Assembly (NCBI GenBank): GCA_963708295.1
Contig: CAVPSJ010000013.1
Location: forward strand, 64,001-128,000
DNA: 64,000 bases
Origin: an uncultured delta proteobacterium
GTDB taxonomy: Bacteria > Desulfobacterota > BSN033 > UBA1163
Direction of reading: 5' to 3'
Shown here: piece by piece, positions 43,845 through 53,496 of the stretch
How the letters are laid out: every line of letters starts with the position of its first letter
Position numbering within the stretch: position 1 is the first letter of the stretch
Position numbers and translations under genes: made by a program
Notes under the pieces: generated by a model
What the model was told of the DNA's origin: nothing
Databases searched by the model: none
Seen by the model: only the letters and a program-made list of their open reading frames with translations

Positions 43845-45410
43845 ATGTCTGAAAACCATCAGATCGCCAGGGCAGCTACCACCATCGGAATGGCAACTTT
43901 CCTCAGCCGTATCCTGGGCTTTTTCCGGGACATGGTGATCGCCAATTTCTTCGGAGCTGGAATGGCAGCGGATGCCTTTTTCGTGGCTTTTCGGATTCCC
44001 AATCTATGGCGGCGGTTGGTCGGAGAGGGTTCCTTAACCATTTCATTCATCCCTGTGTATACGGAATATCTTACCCGGCAATCGGAAGAAGAGACTCGAA
44101 AGGTCACTCATGTCGCATTCACCCTGGGTGGAGTCATTTTATTGATTCTGACAGTCCTTGGAATTATCTTCTCGCCGATTTTGATCAGGATCGTTGCGCC
44201 GGGATTTATTCAAATACCGGAGAAATTTGAGCTAACGGTTACACTCAATAAGATCATTTTCCCCTATCTTTTTTTCATGGGGCTCTTTGCCCTCTGCATG
44301 GGAATCCTGAATTCCTACAGACATTTCTTTGCTTCCGCCGTTGCTCCGATTTTTCTCAATATCGCCATCATCGTATCCGTCTTTCTCTTTTATCATTCTT
44401 TTAAAGTACCGGTGATGACCCTTGCCCTGGGGGTTCTGGCCGGAGGGGTGATCCAATTTCTCTTTCAGATTCCTTTCCTATGGAAGAGGGGAATTACTTT
44501 CCGATTCAATTTTGATTTCCGAAACCCGGCGATCAAGCGGATCGGCCTTTTGATGGTTCCGGGCCTCATCGGGACCGGTCTTTATCAGATGAATACCTTC
44601 ATCGACATGATTTTCGCCTCCTTTCTCCCGGGTGGAAGCGTTTCCTACCTTTTCTTTGCAGATCGACTCATGGAATTTCCTTTGGGGATTTTCGCTATTG
44701 CCATTGGAATGGCATCGCTTCCAAGCTTTTCAGGACTGGCTTCTCAGGGAAAGATTAAGGAATTGAAAGAGACGCTTTCTTTTACCTTTCGTCTGGTTTC
44801 CTTCATCAGTGTTCCCGCAATGGTGGGACTGATCGCACTCAAAACCCCTATCGTTAACCTCCTCTTTCAAAGAGGACAGTTTGACTATTCTGCGACGGAG
44901 AAAACAGCTTTCGCTCTTCTGTTCTATTCCGTGGGCCTGTGGGCCATTGCAGGGTCAAGGATCATTGCTCCCGCTTTCTATTCCCTCCAGGACACCTGGA
45001 CGCCGATGAAAATTGCCTTAATTTGTTTGGGAGCTAATATTCTTTTTCGAGCGGTTCTGATTTTTCCTTTAATGCATGGAGGTTTGGCTTTGGCCACCAG
45101 TCTTTCTTCCACACTCAACCTTATCCTCCTCTTTAGAAAGTTGGGCCCAAGGTTGGGAGGAATGGATATAAGAAAGAATATTCAATCACTCTTACGAATG
45201 TTGTTGTGTAGTCTCCCAATGGGTTTGGCCGCCTATTCGATCTGTTCAATCGGACATTGGTCCACAACAGGTAACGTTGGGGAAAAGATTTTGATTCTTT
45301 TTTCAGGAATTGCGATTGGCCTCGGAATCTATTTGGCTTGTTCCTATTGGGTGAAGAATGAGGAAATGCTCTTCTTGGTGAATATTGTTAAAAGAAAGAT
45401 GAAACGCTAA
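43845..45410 (+). CDS. murJ: Lipid II flippase
   Basis: SRILGFFRD, ADAFFVAFRIPN..RRL.GEG, DRLMEFPLG, HGGLALATS. Confidence 0.95.
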   Translation: MSENHQIARAATTIGMATFLSRILGFFRDMVIANFFGAGMAADAFFVAFRIPNLWRRLVGEGSLTISFIPVYTEYLTRQSEEETRKVTHVAFTLGGVILLILTVLGIIFSPILIRIVAPGFIQIPEKFELTVTLNKIIFPYLFFMGLFALCMGILNSYRHFFASAVAPIFLNIAIIVSVFLFYHSFKVPVMTLALGVLAGGVIQFLFQIPFLWKRGITFRFNFDFRNPAIKRIGLLMVPGLIGTGLYQMNTFIDMIFASFLPGGSVSYLFFADRLMEFPLGIFAIAIGMASLPSFSGLASQGKIKELKETLSFTFRLVSFISVPAMVGLIALKTPIVNLLFQRGQFDYSATEKTAFALLFYSVGLWAIAGSRIIAPAFYSLQDTWTPMKIALICLGANILFRAVLIFPLMHGGLALATSLSSTLNLILLFRKLGPRLGGMDIRKNIQSLLRMLLCSLPMGLAAYSICSIGHWSTTGNVGEKILILFSGIAIGLGIYLACSYWVKNEEMLFLVNIVKRKMKR

Positions 45411-45470
45411 GAAGGAATACCGAATCAGTTCAAGCCGATTCCCTTTTTTCTATCATCGCGTAAGACTGCA

Positions 45471-46625
45471 ATGGAAAAAACGGCAGATGTGGTCATCATT
45501 GGAGGAGGTGTTGTGGGCCTGAGTGTTGCCTACTCTCTTGCCCTGAAGAAGACAGGAAAGGTTGTCCTTTTCGAGAGGGGGCAGCTGGGAGAAGGCTCGA
45601 CGAGTCGTTGTGTGGGAGGGATCCGAACCCAATTTTCGACAGCGATTAACATCCGTTTCTCCCTCGAATCATTGAAGACTTTTGAGCATTTCAAAGAGGA
45701 ATTCGGGGTTGACCCGGAATTTAAGAGAATCGGGTATCTCTTTCTGGGGACTTCGGAGCAGGAGATGGGAGTCTTCAGGGAGAATATCAAACTCCAGAGG
45801 AGTTTCGGCATTCCTGTTGAATTCTTAGATTCTAGCGAAATCGGGTCGAGGTGGCCCTATTTGAGAGTGGATGATGTTCTTGGAGGGACATTTTGTTCCT
45901 GGGACGGGTATGCAGGCCCCAATGAAATCCTCGCAGGCTTTGCCAGTGGTGCGAGGAGGGAAGGGGTGAGAATCCACGAAGGAGTGGAAGTTGTAGGAAT
46001 CTCACTGGAGAGAGGAAAGGTCCAGGGTGTGGAGACAAAAAGCGGAGATATTTCCGCCCCTGTGGTTGTCAACGCTGGAGGACCTTATGCCGCATCTGTA
46101 GGAGGAATGATAGGTGTTCCTATTCCTGTCAAGCCCCTGAGAAGGCAGATTTTTATCACGACTCCTTTCCATCTAACCGACCATTCGATTCCACTGACCA
46201 TCGACTTTCACAGAGGGTGGTATTTCCGCCAGGAAGGGGACGGGTTGCTTCTCTCGGGCCCCATGGACCTGGAGCCGAGTTTTAATCTAAATACGGACTA
46301 TGAGGCCATGGCCGAAGCTTCGGAGAATGCGACATACCGCATTCCGGTTTTGGAAAAGGCCCGTATTGCCCGGGGATGGGCAGGGCTCTATGAAATTTCT
46401 CCGGATCACCATGCTATCCTGGGAAGGGTTCCCGGAGTGGAAGGGTTTATTCTGGCCAACGGCTTGAGTGGACATGGGTTTCAGCACAGTCCTGCAGTGG
46501 GAAAAGTAATCTCCGAATTGATCGTAGACGGAGACGCCGACACCATCGACATTTCCTCCCTTTCGATCGAGCGTTTTGAAAAGGGAGAGTTAGTACGAGA
46601 GTCCATGACTGCCTTTAAGGAGTAA
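45471..46625 (+). CDS. FAD-dependent oxidoreductase (DAO/sarcosine oxidase beta-like)
   Basis: VVIIGGGVVG, GSTSRCVGGIR, WAGLYEISPDH, GHGFQHSPAVG. Confidence 0.85.
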   Translation: MEKTADVVIIGGGVVGLSVAYSLALKKTGKVVLFERGQLGEGSTSRCVGGIRTQFSTAINIRFSLESLKTFEHFKEEFGVDPEFKRIGYLFLGTSEQEMGVFRENIKLQRSFGIPVEFLDSSEIGSRWPYLRVDDVLGGTFCSWDGYAGPNEILAGFASGARREGVRIHEGVEVVGISLERGKVQGVETKSGDISAPVVVNAGGPYAASVGGMIGVPIPVKPLRRQIFITTPFHLTDHSIPLTIDFHRGWYFRQEGDGLLLSGPMDLEPSFNLNTDYEAMAEASENATYRIPVLEKARIARGWAGLYEISPDHHAILGRVPGVEGFILANGLSGHGFQHSPAVGKVISELIVDGDADTIDISSLSIERFEKGELVRESMTAFKE

Positions 46626-46764
46626 GTCTGCGGTAAATATTCCCTCATATTTTTCAAATGTTAAGTAGCAACAATTAACGCAAAATGGTGTCAAAAGATA
46701 TCAAGACGCTTCATGAAAAGAACAGAAATATTGAGAGCTTATCACCTCAACGATATTTTCGAAA

Positions 46765-46793
46765 TTGAGTTTCTAGCAAATTCTGTCTATAAT
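46765..46793 (+). promoter_or_regulatory. Sigma70-type promoter
   Basis: TTGAGT-N17-TATAAT upstream of ORF 46848. Confidence 0.6.
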
Positions 46794-46847
46794 GATTAGA
46801 GATTCAGGGATTGAATTCCATTGGAAAGGCATGGTGATTAGAACGAA

Positions 46848-47633
46848 ATGGAATCTATCGAACGTAAAATGGATTTTCTCGCACATGAGCGGGATGCTTC
46901 TTTCTCAAATCCATTTTTTATTGAATTGATTCAACAGATTGAGAGTAAACTCGACTCCATCAAAAATTACACTCAAATCTCCAGGGGGAAGTTTAGCGAT
47001 AAGGAATTCGGTGAATATTATTATCGGGTGATAACAGAGGGCATTGAGAAGATGGAGATCGTATTGAATGGCCTGATCGATTATACGAAGCTTCGCACAC
47101 CGATCAGGAAAATGGACACGGTTCACAAAATCATTGGGGAAGTCCTGAAGAAACATCAGGTCAAACTGGAAGAGAAGGGAATCAAGTTGTTAAAAAGATT
47201 TGAAAAGGATCTTCCCGAAACCATCGTTCCTGATGAGCAGCTCAGGTACGTTTTAAGTTCCGTTCTTCTATATGCGATGATCGCGACGCCTCCCAATTGG
47301 AATGTTGCCGTTTCGACGAAATCTCTCTTGATTGAGAAGGTTACCGGGGAGGCTGAGGGTTTGTTTAAGAAGGATGGAAAATATATCGAGATCTCAGTGA
47401 TTTTTGAGGTTCATCGGAGGCGAAGCGAGCTGGCATCGGGAACGGACACCATCCAAAAAGAAGAGGGCCCGGATATCCTCCTTCGTTTTGTCAAGGAGGT
47501 AGTGCTGCGCAATCGCGGGATAATGAAGATGGTGACCAAAGGAACAAGAACTCTTATCTCCTTACGATTCCCCGTTGAACAACGAAAAGTGGTCTACGAT
47601 CAGTCTTTGAACCAGATGAAAAAAAGGTTTTGA
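46848..47633 (+). CDS. Degenerate histidine-kinase-like protein (HisKA/HATPase fold, catalytic motifs lost)
   Basis: ELIQQIESKLDSIKNY (H-box without His), DLPETIVPDEQLRYVLSSVLLYA (N-box without Asn), no DxGxG, GPDILLRFVKEVV in place of GxGLGL. Confidence 0.6.
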   Translation: MESIERKMDFLAHERDASFSNPFFIELIQQIESKLDSIKNYTQISRGKFSDKEFGEYYYRVITEGIEKMEIVLNGLIDYTKLRTPIRKMDTVHKIIGEVLKKHQVKLEEKGIKLLKRFEKDLPETIVPDEQLRYVLSSVLLYAMIATPPNWNVAVSTKSLLIEKVTGEAEGLFKKDGKYIEISVIFEVHRRRSELASGTDTIQKEEGPDILLRFVKEVVLRNRGIMKMVTKGTRTLISLRFPVEQRKVVYDQSLNQMKKRF

Positions 47634-47641
47634 AAAACTCC

Positions 47642-47670
47642 TTGCAGTTTCCAACAAATTGGGTTAATCT
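47642..47670 (+). promoter_or_regulatory. Putative rpmB promoter
   Basis: TTGCAG-N17-TAATCT. Confidence 0.5.
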
Positions 47671-47698
47671 AATAAAATCAAATTTTTGAGGTTCGATT

Positions 47699-47890
47699 AT
47701 GGCCAGGGTTTGCGAGATCTGCGGAAAAGGACCGGTTTTTGGGCATAACGTAAGTCATGCCAACAACAAGACGCGAAGAGTCTGGTACCCCAACTTGCAT
47801 AAGATAAAGGCTTCGGTAAAGGGAAAGACCACTCGAATGAGAATTTGTTCGAGATGCCTTCGAACGGGATTGGTCACCAAGGCCGCCTAG
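47699..47890 (+). CDS. rpmB: 50S ribosomal protein L28 (Cys-containing type)
   Basis: [37 protein letters not shown]. Confidence 0.96.
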   Translation: MARVCEICGKGPVFGHNVSHANNKTRRVWYPNLHKIKASVKGKTTRMRICSRCLRTGLVTKAA

Positions 47891-47900
47891 CAAAGATGTA

Positions 47901-47993
47901 AGTCATGGTGTCTCATCGTCGCGTCGTCTTATCGTCCGACAGTTCTTGGAGCAGATGACTACAAGTCCCGACGACTACGGGACGACGTGACTA
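47901..47993. repeat. Inverted 8-mer array hairpin between convergent rpmB and rel
   Basis: gtcatggt-gtctcatc-gtcgcgtc-gtcttatc-gtc / gacgacta-cgggacga-cgtgacta. Confidence 0.6.
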
Positions 47994-47999
47994 TTCGAG

Positions 48000-50171
48000 T
48001 TAGGATTCTGCCTGCACATCCACCTTCACTCTTTCAACCCCATAGACCCCCTTAATTTTCCCGATGCCACGAATGACCTTATTCAGGTGGTTTAGATCCC
48101 GTATCTCTACCTCAAAGGTGCTGATAGCCTTTTTATCCTCCGTCGTATCTACCCTGGCATTCTTGATGTTGGCTCCATTCGAGGAGATGGAATTACTGAT
48201 CTCGCCCAGCAGGCCTTTCTTGTCGTCAGAGTGGATTCGGACGCGTACGGGATAGCTGTATTCCTTCGTAGAATCCCATTCGACTTCGACCTTCCGATTT
48301 GGATCATCATCCTTTGCATTTTGACAGTCGGCAGCATGAATCGTCACCCCTCGCCCCCGGGTGATGAACCCGATCACCCTGTCCCCCGGCAGGGGGTTGC
48401 AGCATCCCGCGTAGCGGACCATCACGTTATCGATCCCTTTGATCAAGAGAGCATCCTGGGGGCCACGAGTAATCTTTCTAAAAAGGGTCCTTAAACGTCC
48501 TTCTTCTTGCTCCTCCCTTTGCTGCTCCAACCGCTCCTGAGGGAGGATCTTCCCAATGATCTGGTTGGCGGTTATCTTCCCGTAACCTACGGCAGCGATG
48601 AGATCATCGACGCCTTGGTAGCTGAATTCATTGGCGACCTTTGCGAGATCTCCACTCTTGATCAATTTTGCCTGCTGGAGGTCGTATTTCCGGAGTTCCT
48701 TCTCCAGGATTTCTTTTCCAAGATTGATTGATTTTTCCCTTTCCTCATTCGTAAACCATTGGCGAATCTTCGTTTTTGCCCGTGCCGTCTTGACAAACTT
48801 AAGCCAGTCTTTGCTGGGCTTCTGGTTGGGCGAGGTCATGATCTCGATCGTATCCCCGCTCCGGAGTTCATATCTCAGGGGGACGATCTTGCCGTTCACT
48901 TTTGCTCCGGAACAGTGGTCCCCGACATCGGAATGGATGCTATAGGCGAAATCGACAGGAGTCGCCCCGAAGGGGAACTGCTTCACCGCCCCTTTGGGAG
49001 TAAAGACATAGACCTCGTGAGGAAAGAGGTCCACCTTGACGCTCTCGATAAATTCTGCGTCATCTTTCAGATCCCGTTGCCATTCCAGCAGTTGCCTCAG
49101 CCAGGTGAAGCGTTTATCCTCGGCTTCTTCGACGACTTTCCCCTCTTTGTATTTCCAATGGGCGGCAATGCCTTCCTCGGCAATTTTATGCATTTCATGG
49201 GTTCGAATTTGGATCTCGATCCGCTCCCCGTAAGGTCCGATCACTGTGGTATGAAGGGATTGATACATATTCTCTTTCGGAAGGCCGACGTAGTCTTTGA
49301 ATTTCCCGGGAATGGGTTTCCAAAGGGAATGAATGATTCCTAAGACATCGTAGCATTCTTTAATGGAACTGACGATGACCCGGAAAGCGGTGATATCATA
49401 AACCTGAGCAAAGTCGAGGTTCTGTTCCTTCATCTTCAAGTAAATGCTATAAATCTGTTTTAATCGACCGGTGACCTCGGAGTCAATGTGATTTTCATAG
49501 AGTTTCTTCACCAAGGTGCGTTTGACCTCTTCGATGTAACGGGTTCTCTCCTTTTCTTTCTTCGCGATCTTGCGCTGGATCTCATCATAGATTTCGGGAT
49601 GAAGGTACTGAAAAGCCAGGTCTTCGAGTTCCGATTTGATCCAGTCAATCCCGAGCCGATGGGCCAGGGGAGCGTAGATGTCGAGGGTTTCCTGAGCGAT
49701 TTCGACCTGTTTCTGAGGGTGGTGATATTTAAGTGTCCGCATGTTGTGGAGGCGGTCGGCCAGTTTAATCAGGATGACCCGAATATCCTTTACCATGGCC
49801 AGGATCATCTTGCGGAAGTTCTCCGCCTGGTGTTCTTCGGAAGATCGCAGAGAGATCATGCTGATCTTGGTCAGTCCGTTCACCATCTGTGCGATCTCTT
49901 CCCCGAAGTTCTCTTGAATTTCTTTGAGCGTGGTCAGCGTGTCTTCCACGGTATCGTGAAGCAATCCGGTAGCCACACTGGCCACGTCCAGTCTCAATTG
50001 GGTCAGGATTCCGGCAACCTCCAAGGGATGATTGAGGTACGGTTCTCCGGAGAGGCGGACCTGCCCTAAATGAACTTTGGCAGAAAAGACATAAGCCTTT
50101 CTGAGGAGTTCAATGTCCGCATTGGGATTATAGGAGATTAATCTTTCCAGGATGTCGTTGAATCTTAACAT
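48000..50171 (-). CDS. spoT: Bifunctional (p)ppGpp synthetase/hydrolase (RelA/SpoT)
   Basis: RLSGEPY..HP, intact HD motif LLHDTVEDT, KLADRLHNMRT, YQSLHT, EIQIRT, TGS (VFTPKG, TPVDFAY) and ACT domains. Confidence 0.95.
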   Translation of the reverse strand: MLRFNDILERLISYNPNADIELLRKAYVFSAKVHLGQVRLSGEPYLNHPLEVAGILTQLRLDVASVATGLLHDTVEDTLTTLKEIQENFGEEIAQMVNGLTKISMISLRSSEEHQAENFRKMILAMVKDIRVILIKLADRLHNMRTLKYHHPQKQVEIAQETLDIYAPLAHRLGIDWIKSELEDLAFQYLHPEIYDEIQRKIAKKEKERTRYIEEVKRTLVKKLYENHIDSEVTGRLKQIYSIYLKMKEQNLDFAQVYDITAFRVIVSSIKECYDVLGIIHSLWKPIPGKFKDYVGLPKENMYQSLHTTVIGPYGERIEIQIRTHEMHKIAEEGIAAHWKYKEGKVVEEAEDKRFTWLRQLLEWQRDLKDDAEFIESVKVDLFPHEVYVFTPKGAVKQFPFGATPVDFAYSIHSDVGDHCSGAKVNGKIVPLRYELRSGDTIEIMTSPNQKPSKDWLKFVKTARAKTKIRQWFTNEEREKSINLGKEILEKELRKYDLQQAKLIKSGDLAKVANEFSYQGVDDLIAAVGYGKITANQIIGKILPQERLEQQREEQEEGRLRTLFRKITRGPQDALLIKGIDNVMVRYAGCCNPLPGDRVIGFITRGRGVTIHAADCQNAKDDDPNRKVEVEWDSTKEYSYPVRVRIHSDDKKGLLGEISNSISSNGANIKNARVDTTEDKKAISTFEVEIRDLNHLNKVIRGIGKIKGVYGVERVKVDVQAES

Positions 50172-50242
50172 TGGATAAACCCATCTTACTCGTAACTATT
50201 AGAAAATTCAAGGGGGTTGTTCCCTCGGTCTCAGAAAAACCT

Positions 50243-50271
50243 TTGACAGTGACTAAAATAGAATCTATAAT
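50243..50271 (+). promoter_or_regulatory. Consensus sigma70 promoter for the ABC exporter operon
   Basis: Exact TTGACA-N17-TATAAT. Confidence 0.85.
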
Positions 50272-50304
50272 AATTTCCTTTATGTGTGAGATTAAGAGGG
50301 CAGA

Positions 50305-51310
50305 ATGAAGCGGATTTTACTGATCGTCATCGCAGCCATGGCTGTCGCCGGCTTTATCTATTATCTTCTGACGAGAAGTAAGGAGGAAGAAGCGGCTTTT
50401 ATCAAGGTTTCAGGAAATATCGAGGCCACGGAGGTGGATGTAGGGTTCAAGGTCTCAGGGAGGATTGTCAGCCGTTTCTACGAAGAGGGGGATTGGGTCG
50501 AACAAGGGAAGGTTCTGGCCAAGCTGGACGACGAGGATCTTCGCAACCGGCTTGAAGTGGCACGGGCCACCCTGATGTCGGCGCAGGCTCGACTAAGGAA
50601 GCTGCTTGCGGGGTCAAGGCCGGAGGAAATAAAGCAAGCTGAAGCCAGTCTCCACCAGACTCAGTCTGATCTTAAGAATAAGCAGGTTCAGTACGAACGG
50701 ATGAAGGGTCTCTATGAGAGGGGGGTGATTGCTAAGGAGGCCTTTGACAATGCGGAGACGAGCTATCAGATCGCCCAGGCTGCCGTGCAAGTGGGCGCGG
50801 AGAATTACCAACTCGTGAAGGAAGGACCGAGAAAAGAGGATATCGAAGATGCAAGAGCTCAAGTGGAACAGGCCCGGGCCTCTGTGAAACTGAACGAGAC
50901 ACAGCTCAGTTATGCCACCCTCTATTCTCCCATCTCCGGAGTGGTGCTGGTCAAATCGGGGGAAATCGGCGAGGTGGTCAACCCGGGGACTTCCATCCTT
51001 ACCATCGCTGACGTTGAAAATGTTTGGTTGAAGGCCTACATCCCCGAGACCGATCTCGGCAAAGTGAAGTGGGGTCAGGACGTCATCGTGACCACTGACC
51101 TTCGGCCCCAGGAAAGAGTACAGGGGAAGAATTTCCTTCATCTCTTCTCAGGCCGAATTTACACCCAAACAGATTCAGACGGAAAAGGAGAGAGTGACGC
51201 TGGTCTATCGGATTAAGGTGGATATCTCCAATAAGGACCATGAGCTCAAGCCCGGCATGCCAGCCGATGGACGGATTCTCCTGGAATCGTCTTCTCTGAG
51301 AAAACCATAA
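50305..51310 (+). CDS. HlyD/YbhG-family membrane fusion protein, frameshift near 51110
   Basis: N-terminal TM, SGNIEATEV, GSRPEEI; shifted frame continues ISSQAEFTPKQIQT...LVYRIKV...LKPGMPA to TAA 51308-51310. Confidence 0.88.
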
Positions 51311-51346
51311 TGCCAATGGTTTCATGAAAATAATAATTGTATCCTT

Positions 51347-51540
51347 AAATTCCAAATCACAAATTCCTGAGTCCGAATCTCGAATGGCCTCCTCACCCCA
51401 CCCTCTCCCCTCAGGGGAGAGGGAAGGGGGAGGGGTTTTGAAATTTTGAATTTTGGACACTGGAATTTATTTGGTATTTGGCCTGCCTGCGCGAAGCCCC
51501 CGCCCTGCGGGGCGGAGGCAGGTGCTTGGAATTTGGTGCT
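51347..51540. repeat. Inverted heptamer-array element with two nested palindromes
   Basis: aaattcc-aaatcac-aaattcc / ggtattt-gg[insert]tgctt-ggaattt-ggtgctt; nested ccctctcccctcaggggagaggg and cctgcct...ccgccctgcggggcgg..aggcagg. Confidence 0.75.
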
Positions 51541-51547
51541 TGCTCCT

Positions 51548-52486
51548 ATGCTCTCCATTCAAACCACCCATCTGACCAAGTCTTTCGAATCATTGACCGC
51601 TGTCAAAGATTTGAGCCTGGAAGTTAAAACAGGCGAGATTTTTGGCCTGGTCGGTCCGGACGCCTCCGGGAAAACGACGACACTCCGGATGTTATGCGGG
51701 ATTCTTCCTCCGGACGGAGGAGAGGCAACGGTAGCAGGATGTGACATTCGGAAAGAGACAGAGTCTCTGAAAGAAAAGGTCGGTTATCTTCCCCAGCGCT
51801 TTGGACTCTACGGGGATCTCACCGTTCTTGAAAACATCCATTTCTACGGAGACCTCTATCAAGTCCCGAAGGAGAGAAGAAAGGAACGTATCGAAAGGCT
51901 CCTTCAATTTGCCAACCTGAAACCCTTCGGGAAACGGAAGGCCCAGGATCTTTCGGGTGGGATGAAACAGAAACTGGGACTGATCTGTGCGTTGATCCAT
52001 ACGCCTGAAATCCTTTTCCTCGATGAACCCACCACGGGAGTCGATCCTCTGTCCCGGAGGGATTTCTGGATCTTCCTTTACGATCTACTGAAAGAAGGGG
52101 TGACGATCCTTTTCTCAACTTCCTATCTGGATGAAGCCGAGCGTTGCAGTCGTGTCGGCCTGATTTATCAGGGAGACCTGTTGATCGCGGATACACCTTC
52201 TTCGATAAAGGCCCGAATCGGAGGGACGATCCTTGAACTGCGGGTCGAGAACCACCAGAGAGGGATGAAAGTCCTTGAAGGGATCGAGTTCATTCGGAGT
52301 CTGGTCTTATCCGGGGACAAGATCCATATCCTTGTCGATGATTCGGAAAAAGCCGAAAACGTGGTCCGAGAGGTGCTTAAAGAGCAAAGGATGGAGATCC
52401 TCGATCTCGTGGTGGTCCGTCCTTCGCTGGAAGACGCTTTTGTCTCCATTGTCCAAAAAAGGCAAAGGAATAATGCTGAGTTGTGA
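51548..52486 (+). CDS. ABC transporter ATP-binding protein (YbhF N-half-like)
   Basis: GPDASGKTT, LSGGMKQKL, LFLDEPTTGVDP. Confidence 0.9.
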   Translation: MLSIQTTHLTKSFESLTAVKDLSLEVKTGEIFGLVGPDASGKTTTLRMLCGILPPDGGEATVAGCDIRKETESLKEKVGYLPQRFGLYGDLTVLENIHFYGDLYQVPKERRKERIERLLQFANLKPFGKRKAQDLSGGMKQKLGLICALIHTPEILFLDEPTTGVDPLSRRDFWIFLYDLLKEGVTILFSTSYLDEAERCSRVGLIYQGDLLIADTPSSIKARIGGTILELRVENHQRGMKVLEGIEFIRSLVLSGDKIHILVDDSEKAENVVREVLKEQRMEILDLVVVRPSLEDAFVSIVQKRQRNNAEL

Positions 52487-52558
52487 GTTAAGAATGATGA
52501 ATTATTTTATAACTCATCATTCTTACTTAACTCATCGCTCTGAACTGAGAACTCAGTA
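52474..52558. repeat. Inverted heptamer-array hairpin between the two ABC ATPase genes
   Basis: tgctgag-ttgtgag-ttaagaa-tgatgaa / ctcatca-ttcttac...ctctgaa-ctgagaa-ctcagta. Confidence 0.8.
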
Positions 52559-52560
52559 CC

Positions 52561-53496
52561 ATGTCGACTTTCGTCGTCGAGGTGGAAGACCTCGTTAGAA
52601 CATTTGGTAGCTTTGTCGCCGTGGATCATATCCATTTTCGGGTTGAAAAGGGAGAAATCTTCGGATTTCTGGGCCCGAACGGCGCCGGTAAATCCACGAC
52701 CATTCGAATGCTGTGCGGACTCTTGCTGCCTACCTCCGGAAAGGGGAAGGTGGCGGGACTCGATATCATGAAGGAGCCGGAGAAGATAAAGCAGGCGATC
52801 GGGTATGTGTCGCAGAGGTTTTCGCTCTACGATGACCTGACGGCTGCTGAAAATCTCCATTTTTTCGGGGGAATTTACGGCCTCTCCGGTCCATTCCAGA
52901 GGAAGAGGGAAAGTGAGGTTTTAGAGATGATTGGCCTCCAGGGTTTCCAAGAGCGATCCACTCGAACACTGCCTGTCGGATGGAAACAGCGTCTTGCCCT
53001 GGGCTGTGCCATCCTCCATGCACCTTCAGTCCTTTTTCTGGATGAGCCCACGTCAGGGGTGGATCCAATCTCACGAAGAAATTTCTGGAGTCTTATTCAG
53101 GAGATGGGAGAAAAGGGCGTGACGACATTCGTCACAACCCACTATATGGATGAGGCGGAGTATTGCGGCCGGTTGGCCCTCATCTATCAAGGAAGGATCG
53201 TTGCCCTGGGGACTCCTTCTGAATTGAAATTGAAGACGCTCTCACAAGGGGTGCTGGAAGTAGAGTGCGATCCTCTCGTTCCAGCTTTGGACCTCTTGAA
53301 GAAAGAACCTTGGGTTTCAGAATCCGCCGTTTTCGGAGACGGTCTGCATGTGATCGGGAGGGAAGGAGCCGATTTGGAGCGAGAGATCCATGTCCTATTC
53401 CAGAAGCATGGAATTCTTCTTAAAAGGATGGGGAGAATCAGACCTTCTCTGGAAGATGTTTTTGTCTCTCTGATCGAAAAAGAGGATAAGCGATGA
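52561..53496 (+). CDS. ABC transporter ATP-binding protein (YbhF C-half-like)
   Basis: GPNGAGKST, LPVGWKQRL, LFLDEPTSGVDP, TTHYMDEAE. Confidence 0.9.
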   Translation: MSTFVVEVEDLVRTFGSFVAVDHIHFRVEKGEIFGFLGPNGAGKSTTIRMLCGLLLPTSGKGKVAGLDIMKEPEKIKQAIGYVSQRFSLYDDLTAAENLHFFGGIYGLSGPFQRKRESEVLEMIGLQGFQERSTRTLPVGWKQRLALGCAILHAPSVLFLDEPTSGVDPISRRNFWSLIQEMGEKGVTTFVTTHYMDEAEYCGRLALIYQGRIVALGTPSELKLKTLSQGVLEVECDPLVPALDLLKKEPWVSESAVFGDGLHVIGREGADLEREIHVLFQKHGILLKRMGRIRPSLEDVFVSLIEKEDKR

